DNA of 64,000 nt. Origin: Macrostomum lignano (taxonomy: Eukaryota). Shown here piece after piece: positions 47,101-59,639 of the stretch (position 1 is the stretch's first letter; each line of letters starts with the position of its first letter). The stretch lies in the NCBI GenBank assembly GCA_002269645.1, contig NIVC01000661.1:62001-126000 (forward strand). The letters are read 5' to 3'. The notes below the pieces were generated by a model, which had not been told where the DNA came from, did not search any database, and worked only from the letters and a program-made list of their open reading frames with translations. A program made the position numbers and the translations under genes.

Positions 47101-47684
47101 TCAGCTGCTGGGCCAGCCTCCCAGATCCCCAGTTGCTGGGCCAGCCTCCCAGATCCCCAGTTGCTGGGCCAGCCTCCCAGATCACCAGTTGCTGGGCCAG
47201 CCTCCCAGATCTCCAGTTGCTGGGCCAGCCTCCCAGATCCCCAGTTGCTGGGCCAGCCTCCCAGATCACCAGTTGCTGGGCCAGCCTCCCAGATCCTCAG
47301 CTGCTGGGCCAGCCTCCCAGATCTTCAGCTGCTGGGCCAGCCTCCCAGATCCCCAGTTGCTAAGCCAGCCTCCCAGATCCCCAGTTGCTGGGCCAGCCTC
47401 CCAGATCCTCAGCTGCTGGGCCAGCCTCCCAGATCTTCAGCTGCTGGGCCAGCCTCCCAGATCCGCAACTCTCACCAATACCATCTCGCGCAACCCGAAC
47501 CCGTGTCCGCAGCTACCGCCCTTCCGTGCCGCTGTCCCATCTTCAATCCCAGCTGGGTTTCGTCGATGCCGAGTCCTGTCAGAAATTTCTGACATCCTCC
47601 GGCGTGCCAGCCGCGGCCATAGACAGCGCAGCGGGCGTCCTGGACTGTCGGGTCTGCGCACTCGCCGCCATCTCGTCTGCGTGA
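44108..47684 (+). CDS. LENG8: LENG8 / THP3 (SAC3/GANP family) homologue
   Basis: Exons are 44108-44370, 44719-~44890 (donor uncertain), ~44976-45710, 46382-46650, 46733-46940 and 47513-47684 (TGA). Motifs: SWPPDLWEYIERVY...IDWSTEPL, IVGTSTKLEKEYLRLTSAPDPATVR, CEQFKAIRQDLTVQGIR, EFNQCSSQLRSLY, FADRERLVALKAMVKAYRP. Confidence 0.95.
44465..44700. repeat. 21-bp intronic minisatellite (ATACCCACTATCCAATACC[AG/CC])
   Basis: Tandem units in LENG8 intron 1. Confidence 0.92.
45790..46325. repeat. 24-bp intronic minisatellite (GACACTGGAGGTCATTGGGTCATA)
   Basis: Tandem units in a LENG8 intron. Confidence 0.94.
46990..47465. repeat. 28-bp intronic minisatellite (CTGGGCCAGCCTCCCAGATCCTCAGTTG), LENG8 last intron
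   Basis: Same family as MUS81 intron 1. Confidence 0.95.
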
Positions 47685-47842
47685 TCCAAGTTATGCAAGC
47701 TCCTATTTTATTGATTTTACTATAATTTTTATTGCGCTAAGAATAATTTAAAGTAATTTGGTAACTTTTCCTGTACCCTAAATCGTAAGAATCATTAAAA
47801 TCTGACATTGAGAAGTTTTTTCAGGTTATTTTATCTGTAATT

Positions 47843-47950
47843 AAACACACAGTGTCTGTAATGAAACATACAGTGTCTGTAACGAAACATACAGTGTCTG
47901 TAATGAAACATACAGTGTCTGTAATGAAACATACAGTGTCTGTAATGAAA
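47843..47950. repeat. 21-bp repeat x5 (ATGAAACATACAGTGTCTGTA)
   Basis: Directly visible. Confidence 0.88.
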
Positions 47951-48364
47951 CAATCACGATCTGTAGTGAAACCTTCATGATTTTTATTTGTCAATAAAGC
48001 TTTAAAATCTGCATTAGAAGTTTCATTCTTCAATCTATATTTAAAAGGGCATAGTGTACTTTATATTGTTGCATACTTTTGCGCTTTTAAGGCATTTCAA
48101 GACGCGCGCTACAGATTTTCATTGTAATTCACTTTTTCTTGCGTGGTGGCTGCTGACCGACCAACCGGTACAAGAGTCAAACATTAAATACACTTTTTGT
48201 TTAGGCCTTGCAATTAGCTTAATATCACTGGAACTGGCTGTACTCTACAACTCAAACGCAACGAAAGCTTTGTCTATTCATTTTTTAATACACAATGAGC
48301 AATCTGTAGCGAAAACTTGATCAACGGTGTGCATTTTCGTCTAATCTACGAACTTATTTACTTT

Positions 48365-49260
48365 GCCTACCCATCTAGCTACCTAACCTACCTAGCTATG
48401 TACCTAACCTACCTAGCTATGTACCTAACCTACCTAGCTATCTACCTAACCTACCTAGCTATGTACCTAACCTACCTAGCTATCTACCTAACCTACCTAG
48501 CTATGTACCTAACCTACCTAGCTATGTACCTAACCTACCTAGCTATGTACCTAACCTACCTAGCTATCTACCTAACCTACCTAGCTATGTACCTAACCTA
48601 CCTAGCTATGTACCAAACCTACCTAGCTATGTACCTAACCTACCTAGCTATGTACCTAACCTACCTAGCTATGTACCTAACCTACCTAGCTATGTACCTA
48701 ACCTACCTAGCTATCTACCTAACCTACCTAGCTATCTACCTACAGTGTAACCTACCTAGCTATGTACCTAACCTACCTAGCTATGTACCTAACCTACCTA
48801 GCTATGTACCTAACCTACCTAGCTATCTACCTAATCTAGCTATCTACCTAACCTACCTAGCTATCTACCTACAGTGTAACCTACCTAGCTATCTACCTAA
48901 CCTACCTAGCTATGTACCTAACCTACCTAGCTATCTACCTAATCTAGCTATCTACCTAACCTACTTATCTATCTACCAATTACCAAACCTAGCTATCTAT
49001 CTACTTAGCCTACCCATCTGTCTACCTAAGCTACCTAGCTATCTACCTAACCTACCTAGCTTTGTACCTAATCTAGCTATCTACCTAATCTAGCTATCTA
49101 CCTAACCTACCCATCTGTCTACCTAAGCTACCTATCTATCTAGCTAACCGACTCAGCTATCTACCAAACCTATCCATCTGTTTACCTAACCTTCTAATCT
49201 CTCTATCTAACCTACTTATATATATACCTAACATACCTATCTACCTAACCTACCCGTCCA
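48365..49260. repeat. CTAN-based compound minisatellite (CTACCTAACCTACCTAGCTATGTA)
   Basis: Directly visible. Confidence 0.93.
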
Positions 49261-49261
49261 T

Positions 49262-49510
49262 CTACCCATCTTTTCCCGCAAATTTCTCATCAAGCTCCTC
49301 TGCACTGGCTATAAGGTTCCTCACAATAGAATCGGTCAGAAATTTTAGCTCTCGGGTCACCCGATTACTTCCGAAGTGGAACTCGCACAATGGCTGTCTG
49401 GAAGATTCGAATCTGGCCACTTCCGCGACTTCGAGCACCGATCCGATCCCGGGTAATTCTAATCCTTCCTTAGCCAGCATATGATACGCGCACATTGCCT
49501 CTTGGAAATG
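49262..49510 (-). CDS. Unassigned coding-like exon (HFQEAMCAYHMLAKEGLELPGIG...EKFAGKDG)
   Basis: An open frame between repeat arrays with plausible acceptors (aatag or cgaag) and donor gtagat. No family is recognised, and a competing plus-strand reading exists. Confidence 0.3.
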   Translation of the reverse strand, partial: HFQEAMCAYHMLAKEGLELPGIGSVLEVAEVARFESSRQPLCEFHFGSNRVTRELKFLTDSIVRNLIASAEELDEKFAGKDG

Positions 49511-49966
49511 CTTCGAATAGAATAGCTATTATAATCAAGGCCGGATCGCGTGTGTGGAAGGCTCGAATCCCTGATCAGGCAACAAGGGAGGGAGAAGCAG
49601 CCATAAAAGATGAAGCTCATAGATACAGTCTCCAAGGCATCTACGAGCTAGCAGGTTGCCGGAGCTAATTTATTGGCTGAAAGCTCTTTAGCTGCTCTTA
49701 TCTCTGCCACACAGCCGTGCTCGGTTCATTGTGCGGCCTGAATGTATGCCGTATTTAACTCCATATTAATAATTTCTATACTGTGAATGCCATCTCGATC
49801 TAAATATTCATTAATTCAACCTGCTGCTGCTTTGTCCTGCTGCAGCAACAATAGCTGCTGCTCATCAATAATTATTATGAGCATTTTCTGCCGCTGAGTC
49901 AATTGACTTTCTTGATTAATCAATCTGTTTGTGCTGAAACTCCAGGTTATTTGTGCTGAAGCCTGA

Positions 49967-50400
<434 letters not shown>

Positions 50401-51108
50401 CCTTATTTCTGTCCGTCGTCTTTCCATTCTTTGTACTGTCTGAGCTTTTCCTTAAAATCTCGGGATGCTCAATTGCCTCCTCGATCAATATCTTATATTG
50501 AAAAATCCGTAGCTTCATATCTAAATGCTTTCAAAGCTCTCCAGTGCTGTCATTTTTATGATTTAAAGCACTATTTAGCACCTAAAGCAGTACATTTATA
50601 AACTAGAAATTATAACTACAATAATTTACTAAGCTCAAGGCATATAGAAGTTCTGTCTCTATAACGTATCGCCAGTTTGAAAGCTTTAATTTCCACGCAC
50701 GATCTTACTATCAGCCTCCGTAATTAGCTATAATTCCCATAAAAATATGGCTGCATTTAGGTCTTACGGATGCTGAGTAACAAAGTGCAGCTGCATCATC
50801 ATCATCATCATCAGAATCCTCATCAAATAAACGGTTGCAATTGTGCACAGGGGATTAGCTGCGGCTCAGATATTCAGGACTTAATCTGCATCTGCATGAC
50901 TGACATCTACATAGCCATCCCGTCTCCCATTATAGCTGATCCCGCTGCTTGTTCTGATGGGGCGCAGCGCACGCAGGGTCAGATTATATAAAAAACTGGC
51001 TGCCAATGCACAGCGTGAGCTCATTTTGCGAGAGCTCAGCAGGCAGTACTGGGCACAGATACTATAAATACTATAGTATCTATATCTATCTATCTATAGT
51101 GTTTATAG

Positions 51109-51621
51109 TATTGGTTTTGTCAGCCTAACTGAGAATAAAGCCATCCAAAGTGAGAATCCTGCCTACGCTGACTGCGAAGGGCCTGGCTGCGTGCAGCCTT
51201 AGTCTATGGGCCATAGACTATAGAGGACAAGCAAAGTGATAAAAAGCCATCCAAAGTGAGAATCCTGCCTACGCTGACTGCGAAGGGCCTGGCTGCGTGC
51301 AGCCTTAGTCTATGGGCCGTAGACAATAAAGGACAAGCAAAGTGATAAAAAGCCATCCAATGTGAGAATCGATTGGTCTATGCGTCGTATTCTTTTATTT
51401 TTATACCTTCTGAGCCATATGACTAGCCAATAGCTTGAACGGAATAACGGAAACAGGAACACACTGGATGATACAGTACAGTAAAGTAAAGAGTTAAAAT
51501 CCTAGACTCATATGGCACATACAGTAGACTAGGCTGGACGCAGCTAGGCCCTTCGTATTCAGCGTAGGCAGGATTCTCACTTTGGATGGCTTTATTCTCA
51601 GTTAGGCTGACAAAACCAATA
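51109..51621. mobile_element. TA-flanked MITE with ~95-bp TIRs and an internal ~113-bp tandem duplication
   Basis: TA-TTGGTTTTGTCAGCCTAACTGAGAATAAAGCCATCC...GGATGGCTTTATTCTCAGTTAGGCTGACAAAACCAA-TA. Confidence 0.82.
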
Positions 51622-52059
51622 TCTGTGGTACTGGTCACTGCAGGCTCTAGCTAACAAGGATCTCAAAGGTATCTGCAGATATGCTCTTTCCACTGCTTTT
51701 ACTCAGCACCTCTGGGCAACTTCCATGTTTACCGGGGGAATTTTATTTAGTCAAAGCGACCCAGTCTTCTTTCTACATTATATTACAATCTTGCTTTCGG
51801 CTTCAAGACTCAAATATGGAACTCAGTAATTTGAAGTGAAAGGATGTTGCAACTTTGGCAAATATACCATGACAGATCTGGCTATAGGAGTTATTTGTCT
51901 CAGGATTCAGGGCAGTCGAAAGCTGCGATATTGACAGTTTTATCAATAAAAATATCGAATTAATCCTTTAAAAATGCCGCCCAAATAATCAGGAATAAAC
52001 TCGAGTCTTAGGCATACAAAAAATTAGCCAACCATACATTATCCTCAGAGAGAATCGCT

Positions 52060-52930
52060 CCTGAACCATCAAAAAGACTTGCCCCTGAACCATCAAAACA
52101 AGACTTGCTCCTGAACCATCAAGACTTGCCCCTGAACCATCAACGACACTTGCCCCTGAACCATCAAGACTTGGCCCTGAACCATCAAAACAAGACTTGC
52201 CCCTGAACCATCAAGACTTGCCCCTGAACCATCAAGACTTGCCCCTGAACCATCAACAAGACTTGCCCCTGAACCATCAAGACTTGCTCCTGAACCATCA
52301 AGACTTGCCCCTGAACCATCAAGACTTGCCCCTGAACCATCAACAAGACTTGCCCCTGAACCACCAACAACACTTGCCCCTGAACCATCAACAACACTTG
52401 CCCCTGAACCATCAAAACAAGACTTGCCCCTGAACCATCAAGACTTGCCCCTGAACCATCAACGACACTTGCCTCTGAACCATCAAGACTTGGCCCTGAA
52501 CCATCAAAACAAGACTTGCCCCTGAACCACCAACAACACTTGCCCCTGAACCATCAACAAGACTTGCCCCTGAACCATCAACAAGACTTGCCCCTGAACC
52601 ATCAACAAGACTTGCCCCTGAACCATCAACAAGACTTGCCCCTGAACCATCAGCAAGACTTGCCCCTGAACCATCAGCAAGACTTGCCCCTGAACCATCA
52701 GCAAGACTTGCCCCTGAACCATCAACGACACTTGCCCCTGAACCATCAAGACTTGCCCCTGAACCATCAAGACTTGCCCCTGAACCATCAACAACACTTG
52801 CCCCTGAACCATCAAGACTTGGCCCTGAACCATCAACAAGACTTGTCCTTGAACTTTCAGCAAGACTTGCCCCTGAACCATCAACAACACTTGCCCCTGA
52901 ACCATCAACAAGACTTGTCCTTGAACTTTC
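52060..52930. repeat. 21/24/25-bp minisatellite (GACTTGCCCCTGAACCATCAA[CAA])
   Basis: Tandem units are visible. Confidence 0.95.
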
Positions 52931-53534
52931 AGCAAGTATTGACTGAACCGCCAAGTAGCAAAGTCGATGAATAGCTTGAGATAATGTACAAAATGTCCTC
53001 AATCAGACAAAAGCATGTATTGGCAAAGAAGTCGCTGAAAAGTACATCATGCCCGCAGTCGCTGAGACCCGAGTCGCACCGTCCCTCTTCGTGGCAATTC
53101 CAGTGTACCGAGGAGCAGCAAGGAAGTACATAAAATACAGAATAGTAAAAACCCGCCGCAGAACTCATGCTGCAGACGATGAAGGAAACGAGAGTCTGAG
53201 CTCGGTGTTATCGGCCTCTCAGCGGGGTGCCCGGCAATTCGCAACCCCCTCCCTTCAATCTGGCAAATGAATTAATCAATTTTCTCTTGTCGGGTCGGAT
53301 GAGGAATAGGGGAGGAGGCTGACCAGCCAGGGCCTCGGATCTTCGGAACATATTTAATAAAGCCGGTAGTTGGGGCACCCCGCCACCCCCGGAGAGGGCA
53401 TCGCAAACAGCAGGGGAGAGAGATGGATGGGTAGAGCGGTGTAGCATTTTTTGTTGACTTCGGCGAAGCTTTTCGAGTCAGCGTTGACAGTGCGCTGGGT
53501 GACAAATCGGCCTCTGATTGTACGGTTAATCGAC

Positions 53535-53589
53535 TGACTGACTGACTGGTTAACTGACTCACTAACTAACTAACTAACTAACTAACTAG

Positions 53590-53620
<31 letters not shown>

Positions 53621-53634
53621 GCTAACTAACTAAG

Positions 53635-53730
<96 letters not shown>

Positions 53731-53745
53731 CAACTAGCCAACTAT

Positions 53746-53814
<69 letters not shown>

Positions 53815-53829
53815 CAACTAGCCAACTAT

Positions 53830-53904
<75 letters not shown>

Positions 53905-53917
53905 ACTAGCCAACTAT

Positions 53918-53967
<50 letters not shown>

Positions 53968-53968
53968 G

Positions 53969-53999
<31 letters not shown>

Positions 54000-54080
54000 G
54001 ACTAACTAACTAACTAACTAACTGACTAACTAACTGACTAACTAACTAACTAACTAACTTACTGATGAACTGACTAACTG
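53535..54080. repeat. (CTAA)n microsatellite
   Basis: Directly visible. Confidence 0.97.
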
Positions 54081-54667
54081 ACTCCACAATAAACATCTCA
54101 AACTCAGTGCATAGAAAGAAATATCTGCAATTCCGACCAAACCCATTCCGTGTACTCAGCACTCAGCAGGGAGTGATAGGAAGCCCCTCCTCACGAAACG
54201 GCTTAAGCGATGGAGCTGCAGTCCAGCCAGATCTCTCTTTTCAAATAATTTTTTCATCTGTGCGCCCACACTGCCTCTCTTTTCATATCTGTAATTTCCT
54301 AAGGTGCCGCCAGTGCGCGGCCACCCCGTGCCCCGGGAAAAAACTGAGCGGGACGCCTCATCAGCCTCGGGCTCAGCCTCGTCTCCCCCACTCTTCTCTC
54401 TCTTCTTTTTCTCCCTCAACCTGCCTTTCATGCTTCGGCTTAATTTCGCAGGCGAATGAGACTCACAGGCTGCCCCGCCGTGCAGGTGTTCCCGCCACTA
54501 CCTCTGTCCTCAACCGGTATGAATTATTTTTTGCAATAAAGGACTTTCACTTCTAAGAGCACCTGTGCACTCAAAAGCTGGTATGTTCGGCTTTCGTTTG
54601 ATGAAAAATAGAATTACTTTTTTGGGGGGGGGGTATTTTCAGACTGAGAGAAATTCAAGGAAGCTTC

Positions 54668-55595
54668 ATAAGCACACACTGGCACAGGCAGGCAGATTGA
54701 TAAGCACACACTGGCACAATTGCAGGCAGACTGATAAGCACACACTGGCACAATTTCAGGCATACTGATTAAGCGCACACTGGCACAGGCAGGCAGATTG
54801 ATAAGCACACACTGGCACAGGCAGGCAGATTGATAAGCGCACACTGGCACAGGCAGGCAGACTGATAAGCACACACTGCCACAATTTCAGGCAGACTGAT
54901 AAGCACACACTGGTACAATTGGTACAATCACAGGCAGGCAGATTGATAAGCACACACTGGCACAGGCAGGCAGATTGATAAGCACACACTGGCACAGGCA
55001 GGCAGATTGATAAGCGCACACTGGCACAGGCAGGCAGACTGATAAGCACACACTGCCACAATTTCAGGCAGACTGATAAGCACACACTGGTACAATTGGT
55101 ACAATCACAGGCAGGCAGATTGATAAGCACACACTGGCACAGGCAGGCAGATTGATAAGCACACACTGGCACAAGCAGGCAGATTGATAAGCACACACTG
55201 GTACAGGCAGGCAGATTGATAAGCACACACTGGCACAATTGCAGGCAGATTGATAAGCACACACTGGCACAAGCAGGCAGATTGATAAGCACACACTGGC
55301 ACAAGCAGGCAGACTGATAAGCACACACTGGCACAGGCAGGCAGATTGATAAGCGCACACTGGCACAGGCAGGCAGATTGATAAGCACACACTGGCACAA
55401 GCAGGCAGATTGATAAGCACACACTGGCACAAGCAGGCAGACTGATAAGCGCACACTGGTACAGGCAGGCAGATTGATAAGCACACACTGGCACAAGCAG
55501 GCAGATTGATAAGCACACACTGGCACAGGCAGGCAGATTGATAAGCACACACTGGCACAAGCAGGCAGATTGATAAGCGCACACTGGCACAGGCG
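54668..55595. repeat. 32-bp minisatellite (GCACACACTGGCACAGGCAGGCAGATTGATAA)
   Basis: Tandem units are visible. Confidence 0.96.
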
Positions 55596-56047
55596 CACAA
55601 TTTGACTTTTCACTGCGAAGCCAGTGGTCAACTTTTATCAGATAAGATAATAAGCGAGTCTATAACTGAGTCATAAATTTTTTAACTGTTTTATAGAGTT
55701 CTTTAAAATGGCTGAAATAATTGAGCCCACTAACGCATTAGTCAAGCCAGCTACATAGCCAGCAGTCATGTACTCAATATTTCTCTTTCAAATTCTCAAA
55801 ATAGCAGCAGACAAAAAATCTGCTTCGAGCATATGCAGCAGCGGCTCCAGCAGTTTTCTGCCCAGTGAATTTCTCCCGTGAGCAATTATTTCGTCTTAAC
55901 ATCTTTTTTGTCGCGATGTTGCGAATTCATTTCTTTTCGCAACACCATGGAAGAGATTGAATTTGATACAAAATAAGCTGGGCAGACTCAAATTGAGAGC
56001 AGGGCTATAAATGCAGGTACTGAATTATGCGCTACGAATCGTCCCTT

Positions 56048-56150
56048 CTAGCTAGGGCCAGCCCCCGAGGGCAGAGGTGTACATGAGAAAGCCACGGTCG
56101 CTGTACACTCTGTGCGAGTACATGTATCTGCGTACGTGCTCAGGTGTCAA
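56048..56150 (+). mobile_element. Partial SINE body related to the SINE at 43657
   Basis: Shared blocks GCCAxCCCCCxAGG, GTGTACAT, GxCGCTGTACACTC and GTGxGAGT. Confidence 0.55.
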
Positions 56151-56744
56151 CACCAGCGGCTTAACTAAGTAGAAAAACAATTAGAAGAAACATTGGATTA
56201 TCATTTGAGCAACAGAACAATATTATTTATGCATATTAATAGTTAGAAGAGAGAGTAAAAACTATAGAAGTTAAGTGTTGCTGGGAAATTCTTTTTGGAA
56301 GATAATGAAACAGGAAGAGAAGACCCGATGGGATGCATGGAGAGGAACGGGGCGTATGCGGGACTTAGGAAGTCCCCCTGTAAGGTAAGGCTTGTATGGC
56401 TTACACAGCAGTTTCCTGTTAGAAGCGCCCACTTGCTCGATACAGGATGTCTCCCGACTTTCTCGCTCTTCCTCTCGGGTCTCCGATCCAGTGCAGCTCA
56501 TCCCCATGCAGCCCGAGTAATAGCTCTATGTGTACAGGCTTATACATAGAGGCCTTACATTCTCGTACTTCATCTAAAAATGCGAAGGAAGATCTCTATT
56601 GTCCAGAAGGGAGGTCGGAGCGCACGAGCTTTATGACATTGACTTAGATTTATCATACACTGCATACACATTTCATTGAGGTAAGGTAGCACGCTTTAGC
56701 AGGCAGAGAAATACAAAAGTTAAAATCAACATAGATTATAATAA

Positions 56745-57330
56745 ATTCTTTCTTCCGACGCGTTTCGGTCTAGCAATGACCATCTTCAGGGTCTGGTGTA
56801 TTTTTAACTCACACAACAACTTTATAAGTGAACAAATGTTAACTGTACAGTCCAAAGGGCATGTCATGGGCACAATTTTTCAAAAAATGTTAAGCATAGA
56901 TTGCAAGTACATTGTTCAGACTAGTGCCTTTACTTAGAATACCTTGAGCAATGGCCCGCACCACTATGGGAGAGCTGAATATTCAGATTAGGTTTTTGGT
57001 CTTTAATGTACATGGATTCAAGTTTGTTGAGCCTAAAATCAGTTCTACACCGATCAATAATTTTAAACTGCTGAGTTTGCTCAATTTTGCAACAACTGTT
57101 GCAACAGAGCAGGTGGTCTTGGTGGTCTCTGGAGCCAAATGTGGCTTATATTTGAAGCTACCGTTGGAAGTTGAATCCTAACCTACACACATAATAGTCC
57201 TTGAGCACATTTACTTGTACAGTCTGTACTGTAATCTCCAGCATCGATTCTCTAGATGGACTCCTGCATAGCCAGCTCAAGTTGTAACTTCGATCATGCC
57301 ATGCAGTTAAAGTAGAAGATAACTTTGAGC
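56745..57330 (-). mobile_element. Penelope-like element 3' relic (degenerate GIY-YIG endonuclease plus terminal repeat region)
   Basis: Minus-strand peptide with stops and frameshifts: LYK.MCS / DYYVCRLGFNFQR*LQI...DHQDHLL...FKIIDRCRTDFRLNKLESMYIKDQKPNLNIQLS, followed about 170 nt later by the hammerhead motif. Confidence 0.75.
56755..56791 (-). ncRNA. Minimal type I hammerhead ribozyme motif (Penelope-type)
   Basis: Minus strand reads CC-CTGAAGA-T-GGTC(ATTGCTA)GACC-GAAA-CGCGTC-GG: catalytic core, helix II, palindromic helix III (ACGCGT) and a GUC cleavage triplet. Helix I is only 2 bp. Confidence 0.62.
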
Positions 57331-57779
57331 AAGTCGAGAGCATGTTGAGGGTTTTAAGATGGACAGCCGCGATAGTGCAAGTGGGTACAACTGAGCACGT
57401 AAGCTCAGTGCTGAGTATTAGTGCGTGAGGGAGATGTTGGAGACAGAGACCGAGAGCAGTAACAGAAAAGTTGTTAACTCTTATTCGCATGGGCTAATAC
57501 GAGAAATATGAGGGCAGTTTTTGGTATCCTGGTTCTTTCGAAACTCCTCTAGAATTTAAAACCGCACTAGTATTAATTGAGTATTTATTGAACACCTGAG
57601 GTCTCAATTCTATCTAGTTTTTAATGTGCAACTTCGATGCACTTCAGATTCTTATTTGATTTTTTCTGATTAGTCATTAGTCTCTACCTTTATGCTTGCC
57701 CTTTGTGGTCTGACTGTCTAGCCTCCGATTGAAAGCGCTTAATTGATCATTGTCATCGTGAGAGAACTCGCATCGGAAG

Positions 57780-58805
57780 GTGACTATCTCAGGTGACTGT
57801 CTCAGGTGATACTGCGTCATGGTTGACTGTTTCAGATGACTGTCTCAGGTTGACTGTCTCAGGTGACTGTCTCAGGTGACTGTATCAGGTGACTGTATCA
57901 GGTGACTGTCTCAGGTGACTGTCTCAGGTGACTGTATCAGGTGACTGTCTCAGGTGACTGTCTCAGGTGACTGTGTCAGGTGACTGTCTCAGGTGACTGT
58001 GTCAGGTGACTGTCTCAGGTGACTGTCTCAGGTTACTTTCTCAGGTGACTGTCTCAGGTGACTGTGTCAGGTGACTGTCTCAGGTGACTGTCTCAGGTGA
58101 CTGTCTCAGGTGACTGTCTCAGGTGACTGTGTCAGGTGACTGTCTCAGGTGACTGTGTCAGGTGACTGTCTCAGGTGACTGTGTCAGGTGACTGTCTCAG
58201 GTGACTGTCTCAGGTTACTTTCTCAGGTGACTGTCTCAGGTGACTGTCTCAGGTGACTGTCTCAGGTGACTGTCTCAGGTGACTGTCTCAGGTGACTATC
58301 TCAGGTGACTGTCTCAGGTGACTGTCTCAGGTGACTGTCTCAGGTGACTGTCTCAGGTGACTGTCTCAGGTGACTGTCTCAGGTGACTGTGTCAGGTGAC
58401 TGTGTCAGGTGACTGTGTCAGGTGACTGTCTCAGGTGACTGTCTCAGGTGACTGTCTCAGGTGACTGTCTCAGGTGACTGTGTCAGGTGACTGTCTCAGG
58501 TGACTGTATCAGGTGACTGTGTCAAGTGACTGTCTCAGGTGACTGTCTCAGGTGACTGTCTCAGGTGACTGTGTCAGGTGACTGTCTCAGGTGACTGTCT
58601 CAGGTGACTGTATCAGGTGACTGTATCAGGTGACTGTCTCAGGTGACTGTCTCAGGTGACTGTCTCAGGTGACTGTCTCAGGTGACTGTCTCAGGTGACT
58701 ATCTCAGGTGACTGTCTCAGGTGACTGTCTCAGGTGACTATCTCAGGTGACTGTATCAGGTGACTGTATCAGGTGACTGTCTCAGGTGACTGTCTCAGGT
58801 GACTT
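57780..58805. repeat. 13-bp minisatellite (CAGGTGACTGTCT)
   Basis: About 78 units. Confidence 0.97.
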
Positions 58806-59639
58806 GTTCAATTATCAATAACAGGTGAGGTAACAGGTGACTCATGATCAGGTTTCCTTAGCCTAAATGCTAGCTAAGTGAGGGTTTATTCCTCAAACGG
58901 GTACTTTTAGATGTAAGAATAGGCAAGGATAGAGAGGGGGAGAGAGGGATAGTGTTACATTAATCAGTGAGCAAAGTAGACACGCATGTACATGCAGAGA
59001 TGGAAAGTGAGTAGCCGGTGCTGAGACACTTATCTGGGTGACTCAGCATATCGCACAAGAGAGATATTAGCAGGTTTCGCAAAAAACAATCACAAATTCT
59101 GTGAGCATAGCTTATCAATAGAAAATATGTCAGCAAATAGGACTCAACCGTGCAAGTGCGGGATGCCTGGAGAGCCGGCCTCCAGCTACATGCAGGAGTA
59201 TTATGCGAACAGACTCAAGTGGTTCGTTCAGCCATCCCGAGGGAGCAGAGCGAGAGGCCGCTCAGCACAGAGTGAGGCCCTGAGGCTGCCCGTCGCAGTC
59301 GCTAGCAATTTGCCAATGCATCTCACTCTGCTGTCTCACGGCCGTGCATTTTCCGCGCGCGTACAAGAGGGCATCATCTCGCCCAGCCTCACTGCGTCTA
59401 TGCAGGTTGCTCCATCACTCCCAGCTCCCTCTTGTCCTTTGCGCCCAGCCAAGCTTGCTGTTGTTCTTGTATTCAGCTCGATTTTGAGCACTTTGATAGA
59501 TGATTTTTCATCAACTGACATGCCGCTCCCGCAGTTCAGCTTCAGTATCTGGGAGAGGAAAACTACCAGACTTATACCGGTGAAAGAAGGTCATAGCCAG
59601 ATCACCGTCAGGTCATATTATCATAAAACTGACACATTA

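Noticed and set aside
53047-54556. Several 65-150-aa ORFs and splice-like signals around the (CTAA)n tract
   Set aside because: They may hide exons, but no frame or strand is supported by motifs, so they are left unannotated.
57780-58805. CAGGTG E-box array as a regulatory element
   Set aside because: A 6-mer inside a 13-bp satellite has no support beyond chance.
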